Of a DNA stretch of 64,000 nucleotides, positions 47,201 to 57,508 are shown piece by piece. The notes under the pieces are model-generated. The model had not been told where the DNA came from, made no database searches, and was given only the letters and a program-made list of their open reading frames with translations. The stretch covers positions 372,001-436,000 of the forward strand of contig NIVC01000254.1 of the NCBI GenBank assembly GCA_002269645.1, written 5' to 3'. Origin of the DNA: Macrostomum lignano (Eukaryota). The translations under genes were made by a program, and so were the position numbers. Position 1 is the first letter of the stretch, and each line of letters begins with the position of its first letter.

Positions 47201-50200
47201 GATGATTTCCCATAGAATCTATCAATCGATGATTTCCCATAGAATCCATGGATCGGGGATTTCCCATAGAATCTATCGATTGGGGATTTTGAATAGATCT
47301 ATCGATTAAGATTTTCCGTACAATCTATCGATCGGGATTTCTCATAGAATCTATGGATCGGGGTTTTCTAAAAAATCTATCGATTGAATTTTCCGTAGAA
47401 TTACAGATTTTCGGGAAAGTCAATATTTAATATCCAAGCGCGCAATCCATAACAAAACAGGTATTGGAGTTGGGATGGTGCTGGTGTCGAGTTTAGCGGC
47501 TATCTACTACAACATCATCATCAGTTGGTCACTATGGTATCTGTTTGCTTCGTTTAGCAATCCGCTGCCCTGGGCCGAGTGCGGCAGCTGGAGCACCCCT
47601 CGTGAGCACTGACTTTCGATTGAAACTATTGCTCTGAAGAAATTCCAGCTTCATTTGTGGATTCCAGCTTCATCTATGGATTCCAGCTTCATCTGTGAAT
47701 TCTAGCTTCATCTATGGATTCCAGCTTCATCTATGGATTCCAGCTTCATCTATGGATTCCAGCTTCATCTATGCATTCCAGCTTCATCTATGGATTCCAG
47801 CTTCATCTGTGGATTCCAGCTTCATCTATGGATTCCAGCTTCATCTGTGGATTCCAGCTTCATTTGTGGATTCCAGCTTCATCTATGGATTCGAGCTTCA
47901 TCTGTGGATTCCAGCTTCATCTATGGATTCCAGCTTCATCTATGTATTCCAGCTTCATCTGTGGATTCCAGCTTCATCTATCCATGATTCATCTATGCAT
48001 GATTTTCCAGCTTCTTTATCCATGGAATCTAACTGAGAGTACATGTAAATAAATCCGTATTCTTACAAAATTAATCTAGTCTGCAGCGGGAGGCTGCATC
48101 CGGTGACAGAGAACTGCAATAACTGGGCCAACCTGACTGCTCAGTCTAACGGCACCTGCTGGTTCTCTGGAAGAGACGCCAACGGCACCGCCGAGAGCTA
48201 CCTGTACGGCATCTACAATGCCAGCTTGGCCAGACTACATGGAATTTTTGTTAGGGCGTCCAGCAACGATTATATGAAGTGAGCCGTCTGTGGGATATGG
48301 GAGCAGAGAATGCTGGATTCGATCTCGCATTATATTGAGGACAGTGAGGGTAGGGTGGAAGATAGTGAGGGTAGAGTGGAAGATAGTGAGGGTAGAGTGG
48401 AAGATAGTGAGGGTAGAGTGGAAGATAGTGAGGGTAGAGTGGAAGATAGTGAGGGTAGAGTGGAAGATAGTGAGGGTAGAGTGGAAGATAGTGAGGGTAG
48501 AGTGGAAGATAGTGAGGGTAGAGTGGAAGATAGTGAGGGTAGAGTGGAGTTAGTGAGGGTAGAGTGGGGTTAGTGAGGGTAGAGTGGAGTTAGTAAGTTA
48601 GTGAGGGTAGAGTGGAGTTAGTGAGGGTAGAGTGGAAGATAGTGAGGGTAGAGTGGAGTTAGTGAGGGTAGAGTGGAGTTAGTGAGGGTAGAGTGGAGTT
48701 AGTGAGGGTAGAGTGGAGTTAGTGAGTGTAGAGTGAGGGGACAGTGAGGGTAGAGTGGAGGATAGTGGAGGGTATAGACTGGGGGATATTGAGGTTAGAG
48801 TGGGGGATTGTGAGGCTAGCGTGGGGGATAGCGAGGGTCAGGGATCAGATTAATGACGTCATACTCGACTCGAAACCATTCTTCATCGCCTTCTGATGCA
48901 GCTACGTCGCCCTGCAAGACAAGCTGGGCAGTTTCCTTCACACGGGCCCACTGCGCTGGGACATGAGCCTGTGCCTGTTGCTGGCCTGGATAATCGTGTT
49001 CCTGTCACTGTCCAAGGGTATTAAGAGTTCCGGAAAGGTTAAGTACTGTTCCATTTTTTCTACTTATGTTTGTCAAAAATGGCATGACAGTTGTCAATCA
49101 TGGAATATGTCTTCCATGTCAATACTCTAGATCAATACTAGATGTCCTTGAGGCATCAATACTAGATGTCCTTGAGGCATCAATACTAGATGTCCTTGAG
49201 GCATCAATACTAGATGTCCTTGAGGCATCAATACTAGATGTCCTTGAGGCATCAATACAGATGTCCTTGAGGCATCAATACTAGATGTCCTTGAGGCATC
49301 AATACAGATGTCCTTGAGGCATCAATACTAGATGTCCTTGAGGCATCAATACAGATGTCCTTGAGGCATCAATACTAGATGTCTTCGAGGCGCCAAACTA
49401 AATGTCTCAGAGGCGCCAACCTGAATGTCTCAGAGGCGCCAAACTAAATGTCTCAGAGGCGCCAACCTGAATGTCTCAGAGGCGCCAAACTAAATGTCTC
49501 AGAGGCGCCAACCTGAATGTCTCAGAGGCGCCAAACTAAATGTCTCAGAGGCGCCAACCTGAATGTCTCAGAGGCGCCAAACTAAATGTCTCAGAGGCGC
49601 CAAACTAAATGTCTCAGAGGCGCCAAACTAAATGTCTCAGAGGCGCCAAACTAGATGTTTTAGACGCGCTAAAATTGTAGCTTCGATGCCAACCTAAAAC
49701 TGCCTACCACGCCTACTAAATTTCCTCAGGTCGTGTACTTTACCGCTCTATTCCCGTACGCTGTACTCATCATCCTGCTCATCAGAGGTGTCACCCTGCC
49801 TGGCTGCGGCAACGGCTTGGAGTTCTACCTGACACCCAATGTCACCAAACTCTCCGAATCCGGAGTGTGGAAAGACGCCGCGGTGCAAATCTTTTTCTCT
49901 CTGTCCAGCAGCTGGGGCGGCCTCATCACTCTGGTTAGTTATAATCGGTTTAAAACCGACTGCATCCGGGATGGCATGCTGATCAGCATCTGTAACTGCG
50001 CCACATCCGTGTTTGCTGGATTTGTTGTATTCAGCTTTCTGGGTTACCTGGCCCAGGAGCTCAACACCAATGTGAAGGACGTGGCTCAGAGTGGTTGGTT
50101 GTAGAAGCAGTCTTTGTCGTTTTAATGAGCTCTTTGTTCTATATACATGTATCTATTGTGTAGCCAGTGATATTTAAATTAGTTTGCTTTTTATTGATTG

Positions 50201-53200
50201 AATCCGCCTTTCTACTTCTGGTGTGTAGCCATGGTGATTGGGCGTAGCCATGGTGATGGGTTGTAGCCATGGTGATTGGTTGTAGCCATGTTGATGGGTT
50301 GTAGCCGTAATGATGGGTTGTAGCCATAGCCTGCCGCCTGTCTGTCTGTCTGTCTATCTGTCTGTTTGTCTGTCTGTCTGTTGGTCGGTCTGGTGATAGG
50401 GCGTGGCCATGGTGATTGGGCGTAGCCAGGGTGATGGGGCGTAGCCAGGGTGATGGGGCGTAGCCAGGGTGATAGGACGTAGCCAGGTTGATGGGGCGTA
50501 GCCATGGTGATGGTGCGTTGCCAGGGTGATAGGGCGTAGCCAGGGTGATGGGGCGTAGCCAGGGTGATGGGACGTTGTCAGGGTGATGGGGCGTAGCCAT
50601 GGTGATGGGGCGTAGCCAGGGTGATGGGGCGTAGCCATGGTGATGGGGCGTGGCCAGGGTGATGGGGCGTAGCCATGGTGATGGGGCGTGGCCAGGGTGA
50701 TGGGGCGTAGCCATGGTGATAGGGCGTAGCCATGGTGATAGGGCGTAGCCATGGTGATAGGGCGTAGCCATGGTGATGGGTTGTAGCCATGGTGATAGGG
50801 CGTAGCCAGGGTCATGGGTTGTAGCCATGATGATGGGTTGTAGCCATGGTGATTGCTTGTAGCCATGGTGATGGGTTGTAGCCATGGTGATGGGGCGTAG
50901 CCATGGTGATGGGTTGTAGCCATGGTGATAGGGCGTAGCCAGGGTCATGGGTTGTAGCCATGATGATGGGTTGTAGCCATGGTGATGGGTTGTAGCCATG
51001 GTGATGGGTTGTAGCCATGGTGATGGGCCATGGTGATGGGTTGTAGCCATGGTGATGGGTTGTAGCCATGGTGATGGGTTGTAGCCATGGTGATGGGTTG
51101 TAGCCATGGTGATGGGTTGTAGCCATAGCCTGCCGCCTGTCTGTCTGTCTGTCTGTCTGTCTCTCTGCCTGTCTGTTGGTCGGTCTGGTGGTAGGGCGTG
51201 GCCAGGGCGATGGGGCGTAGCCAGGGTGATGCGGCTTATCCAGGGTGATGGGGCGTAGCCAGGGTGATGGGGCGTAGCCATGGTGATGGGGCGTAGCCAG
51301 GGTGATGGGACGTAGCCAGGGTGATGGGGCGTAGCCAGGGTAACGGGGCGTAGCCAGGGTGATGGGGCGTAGCCAGGGTGATGGGGCGTAGCCAGGGTGA
51401 TGGGGCGTAGCCAGGGTGATGGGGCGTAGCCAGGGTGATGGGGCGTAGCCAGGGTGATGGGGCGTAGCCAGGGTGATGGGGCGTAGCCAGGGTGATGGGG
51501 CGTAGCCAGGGTGATGGGGCGTAGCCAGGGTGATGGGGCGTAGCCAGGGTGATGGGGCGTAGCCATGGTGATGGGGCGTAGCCAGGGTGATGGGGCGTAG
51601 CCATAATAATGGAACAAGGTGCTGGCATTCTGGTGTGTCACAACTGGCACTTAGCGAGCACTCCCCTCCTTACATGCCAATCTAAGATCCCAAATCCCAA
51701 CAATTGCAGGCGTCGGCCTAGCCTTCATAGTTTATCCCCAGGCGCTGATGAAGCTTCCAGGCTCCACATTCTGGGCCATCTTGTTCTTCCTCATGCTGAT
51801 CACTCTGGGCTTGGACTCGCAGTTCACCTTCGTGGAGACGGCCGTGACCAGCATCCTGGATCGGTGGCCCCATCTCAGACGCTACAAGACACTGATGATC
51901 ATGACATTCTGCATCGTGGTATTTTTCCTAGGCTTGTCAATGTGCACCCACCCCGGGTGGGCTGCAGTTGCTAACCGTCTTTGACGACTACAGTGGAGCC
52001 TGGAATGTGATGGTGATCACCATACTGGAGTGCGTCTGCATTGGCTATGTCTATGGAGTACGAAGATTCGTCAAGGACGTCGAGCTAATGACTGGTCCGC
52101 GTATTGCTGGCTTCCTGCCATGGCGCTACTTTCGCTGGTGGTGGATGGCCTGCTGGTGCTTCCTGACCCCCGTCATTGTTGGGGTGAGGTCTGCGTCATC
52201 TTTGGCGTTACTAACCGTCGACACCTCTGCTTTATTTGCAGATAGCTGATGCTTAGCTAATTGGTACAGTAAGAGTCACCAGAATTGGTACAGTTAGGAG
52301 TCACCAGAATTGGTACAGTAGGAGTCACAAGAATTGGTACAGTAGCAGTCACCAGAATTGGTACAGTAGCTGGAGTCACACGAATTAGTACAGTAGGAGT
52401 CACAAGAATTGGTACAGTAGGAGTCACCAGAATTGGTACAGTAGCTGGAGTCACACGAATTAGTACAGTAGGAGTCACCAGAATTGGTACAGTAGGAGTC
52501 ACCAGAATTGGTACAGTAGGAGTCACCAGAATTGGTACAGTAGGAGTCACCAGAATTGGTACAGTAGGAGTCACCAGAATTGGTACAGTAGGAGTCACCA
52601 GAATTGGTACAGTAGGAGTCATCAGAATTGGTACAGTAGGAGTCACCAGAATTGGTACAGTAGCTGGAGTCACACGAATTAGTACAGTAGGAGTCACCAG
52701 AATTGGTACAGTAGGAGTCACCAGAATTGGTACAGTAGGAGTCACCAGAATTGGTACAGTAGGAGTCATCAGAATTGGTACAGTAGGAGTCACCAGAATT
52801 GGTACAGTAGCTGGAGTCACACGAATTAGTACAGTAGGAGTCATCAGAATTGGTACAGTAGGAGTCACCAGAATTGGTACAGTAGGAGTCACCAGAATTG
52901 GTACAGTAGGAGTCACCAGAATTGGTACAGTAGGAGTCACCAGAATTGGTACAGTAGGAGTCACCAGAATTGGTACAGTAGGAGTCACCAGAATTGGTAC
53001 AGTAGGAGTCACCAGAATTGGTACAGTAGGAGTTGCCAGAATTGGTACAGGATTTGCAGCTTATGTAAGCTACAAATTTAGTGTACATGTACATCATTCA
53101 CAGAGCTTAAGTTTCGAAGACTAAGCTGAACTCGAACTGCACTTTGCACACGCAGATCACCCTAGTCTTCTCCTGGGTGAAATTTGAGCCTTCAAAATAT

Positions 53201-54648
53201 GATGGCGAGCCGCTGCCGCTGGGAGCTCAGGTGTTCGGCTGGACTCTCACACTGGGAGTTCTGACAGGCCTGTTTGCCTGGTCAGCTGCGTCCGTCTGGC
53301 AGATGCGTTCGGACCCTGGACAGCTGATCAGGCCCACCAGATTCTGGGGACCGGCGTTGGTTCGATTCCGGCGTGAGGTTACCTACGTGCCGGGATTCGA
53401 GATCGACCCGTGGGGTCGCGATAACAGCAACGAGCATAGCAACCAAGCTGAGAAAGTCGAAGACGAAGCCACGTCTCATAACTTTATGGTGAGTTCAGCA
53501 TTTCATAAGTATGAACAATGAAGTTCAGAGCCCTCTACTTAATTGTCTTTCAAACAGAGAGCAGAGCCTTGAATACCCTGGCTTGACAGTCTCTGGTCTG
53601 TGGCAGTGGCTTTAATTCACTTTATTGTCAATGGCCGAGAGCAGTTCTGTGGCAGTGGCTTTGATTGGCTTTTATTGTCTATGGCCCAAGTGCAGTTCTG
53701 TGGCAGTGGCTTTGATTGGCTTTATTGTCTATGGCCGAGTGCAGTTCTGTGGCAGTGGCTTTGATTAGCTTTATTGTCTATGGCCCAAGTGCAGTTCTGT
53801 GGCAGTGGTTTTGATTGGCCTTATTGTCTATGGCCGAGTGCAGTTCTGTGGCAGTGGTTTTGATTGGCCTTATTGTCTATGGCCGAGTGCAGTTCTGTGG
53901 CAGTGGCTTTGATCGGCTTTATTGTCTATGGCCGAGTGCAGTTCTGTGGCAGTGGCTTTGATTAGCTTTATTGTCTATGGCCCAAGTGCAGTTCTGTGGC
54001 AGTGGTTTTGATTGGCCTTATTGTCTATGGCCGAGTGCAGTTCTGTGGCAGTGGTTTTGATTGGCCTTATTGTCTTTGGCCGAGTGCAGTTCTGTGGCAG
54101 TGGTTTTGATTGGCTTTATTGTCTATGGCCGAGTGCAGTTCTGTGGCAGTGGCTTTGATTGGCTTTATTGTCTATGGCCGAGTGCAGTTCTGTGGCAGTG
54201 GCTTTGATCGGCTTTATTGTCTATGGCCGAGTGCAGTTCTGTGGCAGTGGTTTTGATTGGCTTTATTGTCTATGGCCGAGTGCAGTTCTGTGGCAGTGGC
54301 TTTGATTGGCTTTATTGTCTATGGCCGAGTGCAGTTCTGTGGCAGTGGCTTTGATCGGCTTTATTGTCTATGGCCAAGTGCAGTTCTGTGGCAGTGGCTT
54401 TGATTGGCTTTATTGTCTATGGCCGAGTGCAGTTCTGTGGCAGTGGCTTTGATTGGCTTTATTGTCTATGGCCGAGTGCAGTTCTGTGGTAGAACTGCTT
54501 GCCTATTCGCTGGCTGTGGTTAGACTGTCATGTTGATTATACTACTGACTAAATAAGTAGCCAATTCTAAAATTTACCCCCTCACAGTTTATTATCCAAC
54601 TTTCCAATCCAGAACGAAGCATTCAATGCTGACGATGTCAAGGCCTAG
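44274..54648 (+). CDS. SLC6 sodium/chloride-dependent neurotransmitter/amino-acid transporter (GlyT2/SLC6A5-like; orthology not established), frameshifted in exon 8 in this sequence
   Basis: Exons 44274-44351 (tentative), about 45485-45662, 46407-46538, 47461-47601, 48080-48278, 48902-49037, 49730-50093, 51710-52183, 53156-53488 and 54613-54648 (tentative). Signature motifs [69 protein letters not shown] and GLDSQF. About 688 aa if the 4-bp duplication at 51946-51953 is removed. Confidence 0.93.
44400..45375. repeat. 30-bp minisatellite (aacaaacccatcagaaacatcgcccccctc) grading into a related 22-bp unit; SLC6 intron 1
   Basis: Direct reading. Confidence 0.92.
45790..46295. repeat. 23-bp minisatellite (ttttagcgccatttgggtagcta); SLC6 intron 2
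   Basis: Direct reading. Confidence 0.95.
46575..47395. repeat. About 25-27-bp minisatellite (ttcccatagaatctatcgatcggggat); SLC6 intron 3
   Basis: Direct reading. Confidence 0.92.
47645..47985. repeat. 19-bp minisatellite (ggattccagcttcatctat); SLC6 intron 4
   Basis: Direct reading. Confidence 0.94.
48340..48830. repeat. 21/20-bp minisatellite (gtgagggtagagtggaagata); SLC6 intron 5
   Basis: Direct reading. Confidence 0.94.
49125..49665. repeat. Abutting 24-bp (gatgtccttgaggcatcaatacta) and 23-bp (aatgtctcagaggcgccaaacta) minisatellites; SLC6 intron 6
   Basis: The unit type switches at about 49385. Confidence 0.94.
50222..51605. repeat. 19-bp minisatellite (gggcgtagccagggtgatg) with two embedded (TCTG)n blocks; SLC6 intron 7
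   Basis: Direct reading. Confidence 0.95.
52258..53050. repeat. 24-bp minisatellite (gtacagtaggagtcaccagaattg); SLC6 intron 8
   Basis: Direct reading. Confidence 0.96.
53595..54490. repeat. 49-bp minisatellite (gtgcagttctgtggcagtggctttgattggctttattgtctatggccga); SLC6 intron 9 or 3' region
   Basis: About 18 units. Confidence 0.96.
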
Positions 54649-55273
54649 CTGACTGACATCGACCTGCGGCCAGCGCACGGCGCGGCGCCTCCCAGCCTAC
54701 AACCGATCGCCCCGAAGCCCTCTGACTGGCTGAAGCGGGGTCCGAGCCTTCAAGGACGCTAGGCCTCCGTGCGGTTGAACTCCCGGCGAAATTAGCTTAT
54801 TAATTTACTGCGCTGCATTAGTATTTTTTTCCCCTGTGTAATCGTCATTCTCCCCGAGGCTCTGCCCTTGGCTGTGTGCTAGCAACCCTTCCCCCCTTCT
54901 TTTTCCCCACTTCCCTCACCCTTCCCCGTTTCCTCTCTTTCCCAGCTGCGCTTCTATCCAATTATGATAATTTATTGTTGACAATTCGCTATTTTTCTCC
55001 CTACTATTGCGCTGTCTGTGTTTCCCCCCTCCCACTTTAGCCACAGCAACAGTTGAAATTTTTGAAATTCTGTATTGCACTCCAACCTATGTATCTCGTG
55101 TTGTGAATTTATTGCTATCCCCTCTATTTTATCGCCTTTTTCCATTCCCGCTCGCGGTTTGTTAATTCTGTGATTTCACGTTCGGTTGAGATCCCGCTCC
55201 CGTCTGTGTGGTTCCATGTTGGGCAGTGATGATGACGGAACCAGTTCCGTCACAAAAGGCAGTGGGGGTGTGA

Positions 55274-57484
55274 TGTAACCACGCTCTGGTCGCGGGATAG
55301 GGCATGGGAACTTTTTCGAAAGTGCCTCCTATCCCGTGCACCCTCTGCACAGAGCTGTCGAGACTCGGCCAGGTCTCCGACCGGGCCTGGAGACTCCCGC
55401 TCTGCTGCACCCCTCCTGCTGCCTTGGTCCCGTCTCTCCTGCCGCCACACCTGCCTTTCCGGAGCCCCTACCCCTTTCTGTACCTCCCCCTCTACCCTAT
55501 CTCTTCTGTTCCCGCCCTATTCTTCCTGTACTTTCTCTACCTCCTCCTTTTTTTTGTCTCCCTCTGCACTCTTTTCCTGCGCTGTCCCCTCTTTCCCTGT
55601 GTCTACTTACAGTACGTTGTGTGCTCACCGTCTCCCCATCCCCTCTCAAACTCCCAAACGGTGACGCAAGTCGTGTGACCCCTTCTCCCCCTCGGTGACT
55701 CATCGATGACTCATCCCCCTCTCTTGCGCAACCTTTTCTCACGCTATTGTTCTCCTTCCCAAATTTCTCATGTGACACCCACCCCACCTCCGCTTCTATT
55801 GTTCTCGTTTTTGCTTCTTTTGTTCTCTCGACCCCCACCAATTATCACATTTTCTCCGATTTTCTCTTTCTTTTGTTCTCGTTTTCGCACCTAATTATCA
55901 CCTTTTCTCCAATGTTTACTTTTCCATTGTTCTCAGTTTTCCCCAATTATCCCCGATTTCCAATTCCTTTGTTCTCGACCCCAGCCCTATTGTTCTCAAT
56001 GTTTGCTTGCGCAACACTTTCGCGACCACCCGCTGCGCCAATTATCCCCCACCCCACCTCCGGATTGCGCAATTTCCCGATTTCTCATGTTGCTATGCCG
56101 GTCTCATGCTTCTCATCATGACTCATTCTGACGTCATTCTGCCGGCAGCCAATCAGAGAGAGGGAGCCATGGTAACGACCTTGAGGAGGCGGCTGTGAGG
56201 TCTATAAAAGGAAGCGATTTCGGCATGAGAATACTCAACTGAGTTTATCTCTGTTCCTCTCCTCGTCCTTCTTTGGACTTGCTGTCAGATTGAGTTCTGA
56301 CCCATTCGTCTATAAGACGAATCCCTGCCGGTCCGCGGTCTGTTACCGCCAAGTTATCCTTAGCTCCCCAAGTGAGCTCGCCTATCGGCCAGCGGTCTGA
56401 TACCGCCCAGCATCATCAGCATCGCCTGATCTACATCAGCGCCTCGTCGCTCCAGCGCATCGCCGCTTCACCGTCTGCCTGACTGCAGCCTACAGCCGCC
56501 CTCGGTCACTCCGCCTCTCTCTCTCTCTGTGCAGCTGCCGGTAAGTTCCTGCTACTAATTTGTGCTCTAATTGCCTTTGCTTATCCGGGGTTTGCCTATT
56601 TTCCATTGTCTGATTAGAGAGCTGAGCCAATTGTGATACCGTATCTTTTGCTGTATTTTACTCAATAGTGAAGCCGCCTAATTGCCTGCTTATTTGCCTA
56701 AGGGCCTAATTATTAACTATTAACTAACTTCATCATTATTCAATCTTTCACCATCATTTCACTCATGGCTTGCTAAGCCTTTCTCCCGGGGTGGCAAAGC
56801 ATAAGGAAGTTTGGGTAAGCTAATGGCCTCTCCCCGTGCAAAGCCCGCCTGTGAGTGCGTGCTGCGGGGCCGCGTGTGCGTGCAGTAGAGGGATTAGCGA
56901 GTCTTGGCACAGAATGGCAGTAGGAAGGTTGCAACCCCATGCTAACGCGTCCCTTCGCCCTGAGCAATCTAAACTGTAGACAGTACATGTTCGCCTCATA
57001 CTACTCTTAGTAATCAAAGTCGCAAGTCAGCCTCGCTCACAGCCACAAAGGATCCCCTGCTGAGAAATCCTCCAGGATTGAGCCCAGAGTTCCCGATCAT
57101 GCCCCAAGCAGAGTCCCTGTACTCGGCTGCATGCGTCTCCCCTGTTAGCCTAAATCCCCTGGTAACCAATCCAGGCGGGGCTCTAGCCTCGAGAGGTCTG
57201 GTAGAAAGATCCAGGTGCGCCAGGTCACATAGAGTGGTGGCAGCCACTCGGTCATACCATGACCGAGTGACCAACTATTGCACCTTGGCTACAGGTGGGG
57301 TCCATGTGGGTCCTTGGCCCTCTGGTCACGAAGCGCTACCAAAGCTACTAATCATGTGGGCGGGACAGTCTGGTGCTGGAGGTCCGTCAGGTCATTGCCC
57401 GGTCATAGGCAGCCTACGGTCATTGCCCCCTCTAGCCATGCGTTCGTCTCTCTACGGAGCGGACAGGCGACAAGGGCGGTTACA
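55274..57484 (+). repeat. Long terminal repeat, about 2.2 kb (partner LTR not in the window)
   Basis: 7-bp terminal inverted repeat TGTAACC (55274) / GGTTACA (57484), an internal CCAAT/TATA promoter, and a PBS starting 7 nt after the end. Confidence 0.75.
56119..56240 (+). promoter_or_regulatory. LTR promoter: AP-1, CRE, CCAAT, X-box-like and TATA motifs
   Basis: TGACTCA 56119, TGACGTCA 56129, AGCCAATCAG about 56147, GCCATGGTAAC about 56166, TATAAAA 56203. Confidence 0.7.
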
Positions 57485-57490
57485 TCAAAA

Positions 57491-57508
57491 TGGTGGCAGC
57501 GGTGGGAT
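57491..57508 (+). other. Primer binding site complementary to the 3' end of tRNA-Leu
   Basis: TGGTGGCAGCGGTGGGAT is the reverse complement of ...AUCCCACCGCUGCCACCA, the tRNA-Leu(AAG/UAG) 3' end as I recall it. Confidence 0.85.

Noticed and set aside
51957-51967. Micro-intron (gtgggctgcag) as a rescue of the SLC6 frameshift
   Set aside because: 11 nt is too short for the spliceosome, and its removal does not restore the frame.
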